In this document: positions 8,570 to 16,533 of the stretch, in pieces
How the letters are laid out: each line of letters starts with the position of its first letter
Numbering within the stretch: the first letter of the stretch is position 1
Assembly: GCA_964589935.1 (NCBI GenBank)
Contig: CAZPVD010000001.1
Location: 352,818 to 416,817 of the forward strand
Direction: 5' to 3'
Length of the DNA stretch: 64,000 nt
Source of the DNA: an uncultured Verrucomicrobiota bacterium
Lineage (GTDB): Bacteria; Verrucomicrobiota; Verrucomicrobiia; Limisphaerales; VHCN01
Translations under genes and position numbers: made by a program
Notes under the pieces: generated by a model
Databases searched by the model: none
Told to the model about the DNA's origin: nothing
What the model saw: only the letters and a program-made list of their open reading frames with translations

Positions 8570-9808
8570 ATGAAATCTCCATCTCTCACCAGTCGCCGTG
8601 ATTTCTTCGGCGCATCTGCGGCTGCGATGACCGGTTTCGCGCTGGCGCAGGACGCGTTGGGCGCGGAGCGTAATCCCGCCGTGCAGGTCGCGGACAAGGC
8701 GACCGCGCTCAAAATCACCGGCCTGAAGACGTTCTGGGTCAACCCGTGCCTCTGGGTGCGGATCGAGACGAATCACGGCGTCGTCGGCTGGGGCGACATC
8801 AAGGGCGTGGACCCGCGCGTGTCGCGCGTGCTGGCCGAGTCGCTCTACGAATTGCTCGACGGCGAGAACCCGACGCGCATCGAGTTCCTCTGGCAGAAAA
8901 TCTTTCGCGCGCATCGGAACATTCGCGGCGGGGCGTTTCTCGTTCACACGCTCGCGGGCATTGACCAGGCGTTGTGGGACATCGCGGGCAAGCTCTACGG
9001 CGTGCCGGTGTATCGCCTGCTCGGCGGGCCGGTGCGCGACAAGATTCGCGTCTATCACACGGCGAAGGCCATCAAGGTGCCGCCGCCGGGAGTGTTCGAG
9101 CATTCGAGCAATCCGGCGGATGTTGAGCGCGTCGTCGCCGTCATCAAGGCCGCGCGCGAAAAGGTCGGCCCGGATGGCGCGGTGATGTTCGACGCGCACT
9201 GCGCGCTGCCGCCCGCGACGTTGCTGCAAGTCGCCAGCGCGATTGAGCCTTACAACTTGCTTTTCCTCGAAGAACCCGCCGTGCCGGGGAACATCGAGGT
9301 TTTCAAGCGGCTCAAGCAGCACATCAAGATTCCGCTGGCGGCCGGCGAGCGCGACCGGACGATCTGGGAGTTCGTGCAGTATTTGCAGAACCGCTGCCTC
9401 GACATCCTGCAACCGGATTGCTGCCACACCGGCGGCATCACGCAGATGCGCAAGATCGCCGCGCTGGCGGAGGCATATCACGTGCCGCTCGCGCCGCATT
9501 GCACGGCGAGCAACCTCGGCATTTCCGCGAGCCTGCACGCGATTGCCGCGACGCCGCTGTTTTTGATTCACGAGTTTTATCCCGACAATTACGGTTTCAA
9601 TCCCGTGCTGCGCGACGCGAAGGGCAACGCCGAGTTGCTCGCGCGCGTGGACTGGCAGGTGGACAAGGACGGCTACGTGAACCTCCCGCCCGGCCCCGGG
9701 CTTGGCGTGGAGATGAACGAGAAGCTCATCATCGAGGCCGCGTCGCGCCCGCAGACCTACAAGTGGCCGGGCCGCGTGCTCAAGGATGGCTCGATCTCGG
9801 ATTATTGA
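8570..9808 (+). CDS. enolase-superfamily dehydratase paralogue with strong Tat signal
   Basis: 412-aa ORF with N-terminus MKSPSLTSRRDFFGASAAAMTGFALAQ (SRRDFF twin-arginine motif). It has the same catalytic motif set as 7349-8563 (FDAHCAL, LLFLEEP, LAAGERD, ILQPDCCHTGGIT, HVPLAPHC). Confidence 0.85.
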   Translation: MKSPSLTSRRDFFGASAAAMTGFALAQDALGAERNPAVQVADKATALKITGLKTFWVNPCLWVRIETNHGVVGWGDIKGVDPRVSRVLAESLYELLDGENPTRIEFLWQKIFRAHRNIRGGAFLVHTLAGIDQALWDIAGKLYGVPVYRLLGGPVRDKIRVYHTAKAIKVPPPGVFEHSSNPADVERVVAVIKAAREKVGPDGAVMFDAHCALPPATLLQVASAIEPYNLLFLEEPAVPGNIEVFKRLKQHIKIPLAAGERDRTIWEFVQYLQNRCLDILQPDCCHTGGITQMRKIAALAEAYHVPLAPHCTASNLGISASLHAIAATPLFLIHEFYPDNYGFNPVLRDAKGNAELLARVDWQVDKDGYVNLPPGPGLGVEMNEKLIIEAASRPQTYKWPGRVLKDGSISDY

Positions 9809-9892
9809 GCCACGGATGAAACACGGAGCGAACACGGATTGCGGCGAAGGCATGTTTTCACATCTGTGTTTCTTCAGTGTTCCATCCGTGGC
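9809..9892. repeat. REP-like inverted repeat / probable terminator hairpin
   Basis: Left arm GCCACGGATGAAACAC (9809-9824) pairs with right arm GTGTTCCATCCGTGGC (9877-9892) at 15/16 positions. It starts 1 nt after the stop of the second dehydratase gene. Confidence 0.6.
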
Positions 9893-9916
9893 CAAAATCT
9901 GTTCCGATAATTTGAC

Positions 9917-10402
9917 ATGAGCGCAGCGCAAACCAAACCCGACGCCGCACTTCACTTCCGGCTCGCCGCGCAGCTTTTCAACGACGTCTGGGTGCTGATT
10001 GAAAAGCCCGACCGCTCGCCGGATGACGACGGGCGGATGATCCACGCCGCGCACGCATCGCGCTTTCACTGGGAGCAGGCGGGCGGCACGCCGCTGAATC
10101 TGCTCATCGGCGAGTGGCAGTGCTCGCGCGTGTATGCGACGCTGCGCCGTGGCGAGCCGGCGATCTTCCACGCGCGCCGCTGCCTCGGCCTCGCACAGCG
10201 GAACAACGTCACCGGCTTTTACCTCGCCTCCGCGCACGAGGCGATGGCCCGCGCGCTGGCGTTGCTGAGAGAGTCATCCGCGGCGGAGCATTTGCAAATC
10301 GCGCGCGACATTCTCAAGACGCTAAATGATGCGGAGGAAAAACGCCTGCTTGAAACCGACCTGAAGAGCATTGCACTGCCTGGCGCGAAGCAGGTGAAGT
10401 GA
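9917..10402 (+). CDS. hypothetical protein (all-helical by eye)
   Basis: 161-aa ORF with an ATG start and coding-like composition. No motif recognised. Confidence 0.55.
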   Translation: MSAAQTKPDAALHFRLAAQLFNDVWVLIEKPDRSPDDDGRMIHAAHASRFHWEQAGGTPLNLLIGEWQCSRVYATLRRGEPAIFHARRCLGLAQRNNVTGFYLASAHEAMARALALLRESSAAEHLQIARDILKTLNDAEEKRLLETDLKSIALPGAKQVK

Positions 10403-10423
10403 TTTCGTCAACCGCCCGCGGTC

Positions 10424-10843
10424 TCAGATGTAATACATCTTTGACTTGTCCGCGCTCTGGTCGAGGAGTTGCTGGAAGGTGATCGAGTCGGCGGTCTGCG
10501 TCATCGCGTCGCGGAGTTTTTCCCAGGCTTCACGCAATTCGGGCGGGCAATTCGGATCGCTCAACGCGGGCGTGTCGAACACCTGCCCGTGCACGCAGCG
10601 CAGCACGTCGCCAAGCGTGATGTCGGCCGGGGCGCGGGCGAGCAGGTAGCCGCCTTCCTTGCCGCGGACGCTTTTCACAATGTGCTGCGCCTTCAGCTCG
10701 ATGAGAATTTGCACGAGGTAGTTCGGCGGGAGCCCGTGCGCGGACGCGAGGTCCTCGACGCGTTGCGACTGGCCGGTGTGGTGATGACGGCAGAGTTCCA
10801 GGACTGCGCGCGTGGCGTAATCGCTTTTGACGGAGAGTTTCAC
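10424..10843 (-). CDS. Rrf2-family transcriptional regulator
   Basis: 139-aa ORF with a GTG start. MKLSVKSDYATRAVLEL...GLPPNYLVQILIELKAQHIVKSVRGKEGGYLLA is the classic Rrf2 winged-helix N-terminus. Confidence 0.85.
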   Translation of the reverse strand: MKLSVKSDYATRAVLELCRHHHTGQSQRVEDLASAHGLPPNYLVQILIELKAQHIVKSVRGKEGGYLLARAPADITLGDVLRCVHGQVFDTPALSDPNCPPELREAWEKLRDAMTQTADSITFQQLLDQSADKSKMYYI

Positions 10844-10900
10844 AAATTGTCCGAATCAACGACCGCGCCCGATGCCGATGAAGCCACTGAACAGCGCCGG

Positions 10901-11629
10901 TTACTCGGCCGCGGCAAGCTCCATGTCACGCGTGTAGTAAAGGATGCGGCCACAGTGCGGACAGGTGTTCAACTGGGCGGCGCCACGGCACGCGACGAGC
11001 ACCTGCGTGGGCAGCTTCATGTGGCAGCCACCACAGACACCGTGGTTGATGCCGACGATCACGTTGTCCCCACGCTGCTTGAGCAAACGCTCGTAACGGA
11101 GCAGGACATCTTCATTCACGGCTGCGGCGAGTTCGCCGCGCCGGGCCTGATGCTCGGTGAGTTGCTTGCTTAGATTTGCCTCGCGCTCGGCAAGCGCAGC
11201 GACGGCTGCGTCCGCGTCCTTCTTCATCTGGGCGGCGTCCTTTGACGCAGCGGAGACGGCGCGGCTTGCGGCATCCGCCTGTTCCATGAGTTCAAGCTGC
11301 GCGTCTTCAAGCTTTGAAATGGCTTCCTTGCAGATGTCAATTTCGTGGGTGAGCGCGCGATACTCCTCGTTCTTGCGAGTTTCGAGCTGTTGCGAGGAAT
11401 ACTTGGCGATGAGCTGCTCCTTGGCCTGCACTTCGAGTTCGAGTTTTTTTCGCTCGGTCTCTATGCGTTTGCCCTGAAGCTTGGCCTCATCGAGCTTGGC
11501 GGTCGCCTGCGCGAGTCTGGACTGGGTGGTCTGGCGCTGCGGGCCAACGCCGCTGAGTTCGGCCTGCGTGCGGATGATCTTGCGGTCGCAATCCTGCAGG
11601 ATGAGCAGCTTTTCAATAAGGTCGTTCAT
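10901..11629 (-). CDS. coiled-coil zinc-ribbon protein (COG1579/DUF164-like)
   Basis: 242-aa ORF with a long heptad-rich region followed by a C-terminal CGGCHMKL...CPHCGRILY C4 zinc ribbon. Confidence 0.75.
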   Translation of the reverse strand: MNDLIEKLLILQDCDRKIIRTQAELSGVGPQRQTTQSRLAQATAKLDEAKLQGKRIETERKKLELEVQAKEQLIAKYSSQQLETRKNEEYRALTHEIDICKEAISKLEDAQLELMEQADAASRAVSAASKDAAQMKKDADAAVAALAEREANLSKQLTEHQARRGELAAAVNEDVLLRYERLLKQRGDNVIVGINHGVCGGCHMKLPTQVLVACRGAAQLNTCPHCGRILYYTRDMELAAAE

Positions 11630-11699
11630 TTGACTTCGCTCTTGTCTTGGACGAACGGTATCGGCGAGTGTGCATCAAGTCAACGCGCGCGGAAGTTTT

Positions 11700-11727
11700 G
11701 AACATTTTCACCATTGAACGCCTCAAA
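11700..11727 (+). promoter_or_regulatory. candidate ECF/sigma-E-type promoter upstream of the HtrA-family gene
   Basis: GAACAT-N17-TCAAA resembles GAACTT-N16/17-TCAAA. It lies 22 nt upstream of the ATG at 11750. Pattern match only. Confidence 0.25.
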
Positions 11728-11749
11728 CATGGCGAAACAACTTTGACCA

Positions 11750-13243
11750 ATGAAACAACCGAATTCCACTCTCGTCATCCTAGCCCTGGCCACCGCGCTC
11801 GCCGGCTCGACGCCCGCCGCGGACAAGCCCTCCAGCGCGCTGGAACTCGCCCGCCAGCTCAACCAAGCCTTCATTGAAGTCGCCGACAAGGTTTCACCCT
11901 CGGTCGTCGTCATCAAGGTCGCCCACAAGATTGACTTCCAATCCTCGGACGAAGACGGCAACCCGTTGTTCGAGATGATTCCCAGGGAATTCCGCAAGAA
12001 GCTCGAAGAACAGTTCGAGAAACGCCGCCAGCAGCGTCAGCGCAAGGGCGCGGAACCGGAGTTTGATGGACAGGGTTCCGGCATCATCATCCGCGAGGAC
12101 GGCTACATTCTCACCAACCGCCATGTCGTGGACGGCGCGGACAAAATTCGCGTGCGCTTCAAGGACGGCAAGGAATATGACGCCGAGGTGAAGGGCGTGG
12201 ACGCGTTGAGCGACATCGCCGTCATCAAGGTCAACGCGAAGGGTTTGCCCGCCGCCAAGCTCGCCGACTCGGACAAGACGCGCGTGGGCGAATTTGCCAT
12301 CGCCATCGGTGCGCCGTTCGACCTCGACTACAGCGTGACATTCGGACACGTGAGCGCCAAGGGCCGCTCGCGCATCATCCCGAGTTTCGCCGGTGGCAAC
12401 AGGATGGATCAGGACTTCATCCAGACCGACGCGAACATCAATCCCGGCAATTCCGGCGGCCCGCTCATCAACATCAACAGCGAAGTCATCGGCATCAACA
12501 CTCTCATTCGCGGCCTGCACACGGGCATCGGCTTTGCGATTCCATCGAACCTCGCCAAGCGGGTGTCCGACCAGCTCATCGCCGAGGGCAAGTATGCGCG
12601 GCTCTGGCTCGGCGTGGGCGTCGCGCCCGTCGCGGAATTTATTGCGGAGCGGCCCGAAACCAGCGCCTTGTTCAAAGGAGTGACTGACGGTCTCGTTGTT
12701 TCCAGCATCGAACCGGAAGGCCCGGCGGCCAAGTCTGACCTGAAGCCAGCCGACGTTATCACTGCGGTGGATGGCAAGTCGGTCAAGGAAGTGCAGGACT
12801 TGCGAAATGAAGTGCGTTCCAAAACCGCAGGGCAAGTCGTCGCGCTCGATGTCATGCGAAACGGCAAGAAAACCCAAGTGAAGGTCACACCGGCGCAAAT
12901 GCCTGCTGAACCCGTCCTCGCGCGCCGCGGTGAACCGGGCAATGAGCCTGTGAAAAACGACCTCGGCATCGCCGTCAAGCCGCTCACGCGCGAGCTTGCC
13001 GAAGAATACGAACTCAAGCAAACGCAGGGCCTGCTCGTCACGGCCGTCGAGGACGACAGTCCCGCCGGCGCCAAGGGCATCCAACCCGGCGACGTCATCA
13101 CCGAGGTGAACCACAAGGCCGTCAAGACGACGAAAGATTTGCGGGATGCGCTGAAATCCGCCGACCTCAAAAAAGGCGTGCTTGTCAATTTTGTGAGCCG
13201 TGGCGTGAGCAAGTTTGAAGTGCTCAAGGGCGGCGACAACTGA
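11750..13243 (+). CDS. HtrA/DegP-family periplasmic serine protease with two PDZ domains
   Basis: 497-aa ORF with a signal peptide, trypsin-like motifs YILTNRHVV and GNSGGPLIN, and two PDZ-like regions in the C-terminal half. Confidence 0.9.
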   Translation: MKQPNSTLVILALATALAGSTPAADKPSSALELARQLNQAFIEVADKVSPSVVVIKVAHKIDFQSSDEDGNPLFEMIPREFRKKLEEQFEKRRQQRQRKGAEPEFDGQGSGIIIREDGYILTNRHVVDGADKIRVRFKDGKEYDAEVKGVDALSDIAVIKVNAKGLPAAKLADSDKTRVGEFAIAIGAPFDLDYSVTFGHVSAKGRSRIIPSFAGGNRMDQDFIQTDANINPGNSGGPLININSEVIGINTLIRGLHTGIGFAIPSNLAKRVSDQLIAEGKYARLWLGVGVAPVAEFIAERPETSALFKGVTDGLVVSSIEPEGPAAKSDLKPADVITAVDGKSVKEVQDLRNEVRSKTAGQVVALDVMRNGKKTQVKVTPAQMPAEPVLARRGEPGNEPVKNDLGIAVKPLTRELAEEYELKQTQGLLVTAVEDDSPAGAKGIQPGDVITEVNHKAVKTTKDLRDALKSADLKKGVLVNFVSRGVSKFEVLKGGDN

Positions 13244-13313
13244 CCAGTGCCGTTCTTCGCGGCGACGACGAATTCGACTTGGTTTCGTGGGTTGAAGCAG
13301 TTAGTTTGCGGAC

Positions 13314-13700
13314 ATGAAAGCCGCTTTTGTTTTTCTCGCTTCGTTTGCATTGCTGCTGTCCGCGTGTGGCGACAAGCCCGCACCAGGCTCTGCGCCCTCC
13401 ACCGCCAAGTCTGCTGAAAAGAAATCGTCCATCGAAAACAACTCCAGTGGCAATCCGATCACTGCGCCCGTGGATTACCTCGGCGCCGTGGCGAAGGGAA
13501 AAAAGTTCGCCGAGAAGACACTCGACTCGACGCAACTCAACAAGGAAATCCAGCTCTTCCAAAGCCAGGAAGGACGCTTCCCGAAATCCCTCGAAGAACT
13601 CGTCACCGAGAAATATCTGCCCGCCATCCCGACTCCGCCCTACGGCATGAAATACGAATACAACCCGGCGAGCGGAGATTTGAAAGTGGTGAAGGAGTAA
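13314..13700 (+). CDS. small lipoprotein, hypothetical (C-terminal region reminiscent of pseudopilin GspG fold)
   Basis: 128-aa ORF with lipobox LLLSAC. The C-terminus reads QSQEGRFPKSLEELVTEKYLPAIPTPPYGMKYEYNP. The stop overlaps the next start (TAATG). Confidence 0.6.
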   Translation: MKAAFVFLASFALLLSACGDKPAPGSAPSTAKSAEKKSSIENNSSGNPITAPVDYLGAVAKGKKFAEKTLDSTQLNKEIQLFQSQEGRFPKSLEELVTEKYLPAIPTPPYGMKYEYNPASGDLKVVKE

Positions 13701-15211
13701 TGCGGCGTCTCCCCGCCCTGCTCGCGCTGCTGCTCGCGCCACTCGCGGTCCAGCTTCGCGCAGCGGTCAGTTACGTTGTCTCAGCGCAGCAACCTCCGGT
13801 AATCCCGCGCGAGTTTCGCGGCGCATGGGTCGCGAGCGTTGGCAACATTGACTGGCCGAGCAAGCCGGGCCTCAGCACCCCGGAGCAGCAGACTGAATTG
13901 CTTGCCATCCTCGACCGGGCGGTTGCGGTCCGTCTCAATGCCATCCTTCTGCAAGTTCGCCCTGCGAGCGATGCGCTCTACGCCTCAAAACTCGAACCAT
14001 GGTCCGAATATCTCACCGGCCGTCAGGGCCAGGCGCCGCAACCGTTTTACGATCCGCTGGAGTTTGCAGTCGCCGAGGCGCACAAGCGCGGACTCGAACT
14101 GCACGCGTGGTTCAATCCATTTCGCGCGCGGCACACGTCGGCGAAATCTCCCATCGCGCCCTCGCACATCAGCCGCGCGCAGCCGGAGCTTGTGCGCGCT
14201 TACGGCAAGCTGCGCTGGCTCGATCCCGGCGAACCCGCCGTTCAGGAGCATGTCTTGCGAATCGTTCTCGATGTCGTCGCCCGCTACGACGTGGATGGCA
14301 TTCATCTCGATGATTACTTTTATCCGTATCCCGAGAAGAACAGCTCGGGCGAATGGATGAACTTTCCCGACGACGTAACCTTCCGCCGATACGCACGTGC
14401 CGGCGGCAAACTCATTCGCGACGACTGGCGGCGCGAAAATGTCAACACGTTCATCTACCGGCTCTACAACGGTATTAAATCGCAGAAACCGTGGGTGAAA
14501 TTCGGCATCAGTCCGTTTGGCATCTGGCGCAACGGCGTGCCCGAAGGCACGCGCGGACTCGACTCATACGAAAAACTCTACGCCGACTCCCGCCGCTGGC
14601 TCGCAAGCGGCTGGCTCGACTATTGCGCGCCGCAACTTTACTGGGACATCGCCGCGGACGGGCAGAGTTTTCCGAAATTACTCCAGTGGTGGGCAGCGCA
14701 AAATCCGCAGCACCGCCACGTCTGGCCCGGCTTGAACACCGTTCGTATCGGACCTACGCGATCCACTCTGGAGATCGTGAATCAAATCAAACTCACGCGC
14801 GCACAGCCCGGCACCGGCGGCGAAATCCACTGGAGCATCAAGCCGCTGCTGCAAAACCGCAGCGGCATCGCCGACAAACTTGCGCGGGAACTTTACACGC
14901 AGCCCGCGCTCGTGCCCGCCTCGCCGTGGCTTGGCAAGGAAACGCCGGGCAAGCCAACGCTGGCCGTCGGCGAAGATACCGCGAAGGGGACATTAGTCGT
15001 GCAATGGCAGCCGACCGGCAATGAGAAAGCTGCGTGGTGGGTGTTACAGACGAAATTCGGCAGCGCGTGGCGGACGGACATCTTCGCCGCGTCGCAAACC
15101 GCCGCCGCCTTCAAGCTCGCAACACCGCCGGATGTGATTTCAGTCAGCGCGGTTGACCGCTGCGGCAACGCAAGCGCGTCCGCCGTGGCGCAGCGGCTTG
15201 TGGCGAACTGA
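13700..15211 (+). CDS. glycoside hydrolase-like family 10 (GHL10/DUF187, YngK-like) protein, secreted
   Basis: 503-aa ORF with a signal peptide. EFRGAWVASVGNIDWPS...LNAILLQVRP...LELHAWFNPFRA is typical of the GHL10 family. Confidence 0.75.
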   Translation: MRRLPALLALLLAPLAVQLRAAVSYVVSAQQPPVIPREFRGAWVASVGNIDWPSKPGLSTPEQQTELLAILDRAVAVRLNAILLQVRPASDALYASKLEPWSEYLTGRQGQAPQPFYDPLEFAVAEAHKRGLELHAWFNPFRARHTSAKSPIAPSHISRAQPELVRAYGKLRWLDPGEPAVQEHVLRIVLDVVARYDVDGIHLDDYFYPYPEKNSSGEWMNFPDDVTFRRYARAGGKLIRDDWRRENVNTFIYRLYNGIKSQKPWVKFGISPFGIWRNGVPEGTRGLDSYEKLYADSRRWLASGWLDYCAPQLYWDIAADGQSFPKLLQWWAAQNPQHRHVWPGLNTVRIGPTRSTLEIVNQIKLTRAQPGTGGEIHWSIKPLLQNRSGIADKLARELYTQPALVPASPWLGKETPGKPTLAVGEDTAKGTLVVQWQPTGNEKAAWWVLQTKFGSAWRTDIFAASQTAAAFKLATPPDVISVSAVDRCGNASASAVAQRLVAN

Positions 15212-15212
15212 T

Positions 15213-16343
15213 TCAGTGCTGTTCACCTAGGTTCTTGTCCATCCACGCGAGCGTTTTCTCCCACATCTCCGGCAGGTATTGGTGGCCAAGGCTCGGATAG
15301 AGTTCGCTCACGTAATCGGAGTCCTTGCCGAAAAGTTTCCACACCGGCTTGGCCTTCGCCTCGATGATACGGATGCCGTCGGCGGGCGAGCCGGCGTCTT
15401 CTTGGCCGGTCATGAAAAGCACCGGACGAGGTGCGATGCACGCGATGACTGCCTCGGTGTCGAAGTGGTTCAGCAAACCGGGCACGAAATAGTAGATGCC
15501 GTGCGCGGCAAGTTGTCCGTGCGCGATGAGGTTCTGGTAGCGCGTGAGGCAAGAGACGGGCACACCAGTCTTGAGGCGGTCGTCGAGCGCCATCGCCCAC
15601 CACGCGCGCGTCGCGCCCATGCTGAAACCCGTCACACCGATGCGAGAAGCATCCACCTCCGGCCGCGTGCAGAGATAATCCACAGCCATCAAATCGTCGC
15701 GAACGATCATGCCCCACAGCGTGCGTCCGAGCCAGAGGTTGAACTTGCTCGCGGTCATCTCCCCTGCCCCGCCCTTCTCGTTTGGCCCGCCTGGCCCCTT
15801 GCCGTCACGCTCGCCGAAACAGTAGGCGTCTATCGCGATGACCACATAACCGCGCTTTGCCAGTTCCGGCCCCGTCGCGACAGGCGCAGGATTACCCGCG
15901 ATGAACAGTTCCTCCTTGCCACCCTTGCCGTATTGGCCGCCGTGTTGATGACAGTAGAGAATGCCCGGCGCTTTCTTCGACGCGCTCGCGGTCTTCGGCA
16001 GCAACAGATAGCCCGGCACGATTGCGCCCGCGCCGTTGTCAAACTGAAATTTTTCGAGAAAGTAGTCGCCGCGATCCTCGCGCGACAGGGTCTGCACGAC
16101 GGGCTTGGCCGGGCGCGACGGAAGTTTGCCGAGCAGTTGCCAGAGCGTTGCGCGAATCTCTGCGCGGCGTTTCGTCCATGCCGCCTTGTCCTGCGGCGCA
16201 GTGAACTGCGGCACCGGCGGAGATTTCTCCAGCCAGAGGGTGGCATCGCTTTTGTTTGTTTGGGCCATGAGCGGAGACTTGCAAGCGAGTGCAAGCAGGA
16301 TGATTCGTGTGAACTGTCGGAAGAATGGCAGGCGCAGTTTCAT
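15213..16343 (-). CDS. alpha/beta hydrolase (dienelactone hydrolase / acetylxylan esterase-like), secreted
   Basis: The ORF track starts at 16424; I prefer the ATG at 16343 (MKLRLPFFRQFTRIILLALACKSPLMAQ). Nucleophile elbow GFSMG. Confidence 0.7.
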   Translation of the reverse strand: MKLRLPFFRQFTRIILLALACKSPLMAQTNKSDATLWLEKSPPVPQFTAPQDKAAWTKRRAEIRATLWQLLGKLPSRPAKPVVQTLSREDRGDYFLEKFQFDNGAGAIVPGYLLLPKTASASKKAPGILYCHQHGGQYGKGGKEELFIAGNPAPVATGPELAKRGYVVIAIDAYCFGERDGKGPGGPNEKGGAGEMTASKFNLWLGRTLWGMIVRDDLMAVDYLCTRPEVDASRIGVTGFSMGATRAWWAMALDDRLKTGVPVSCLTRYQNLIAHGQLAAHGIYYFVPGLLNHFDTEAVIACIAPRPVLFMTGQEDAGSPADGIRIIEAKAKPVWKLFGKDSDYVSELYPSLGHQYLPEMWEKTLAWMDKNLGEQH

Positions 16344-16533
16344 AAGCCAAAGCGAATCGTAGTTGCCGCGATTGAAGCAGACGCGCGGCGCAGCGCGAAC
16401 ACTTTTCTGAGCCGCGGCTTGCACATTGAAGAAGTAACTTGCTTTGCGGTCGTCGCACTTTAAGTTCGCCGCCGTGTTTGCGCCGGCGTTGTGCGCCGCG
16501 CTGTTTGAAAATCACTTTGACGCCGATTGCCGC

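Noticed and set aside
8186-10237. 683-aa minus-strand ORF
   Set aside because: It is antisense to the second enolase-superfamily gene, the REP hairpin and the 9917-10402 gene. It is an Arg/Ala/Gly-rich mirror translation typical of GC-rich DNA, and the sense-strand genes have clear family motifs.
16344-16533. Expected glycine riboswitch upstream of gcvP
   Set aside because: I looked for the conserved GGAGAG...CACCGAAGGGGCAA-type cores and found none. The region shows no tandem aptamer-like structure.
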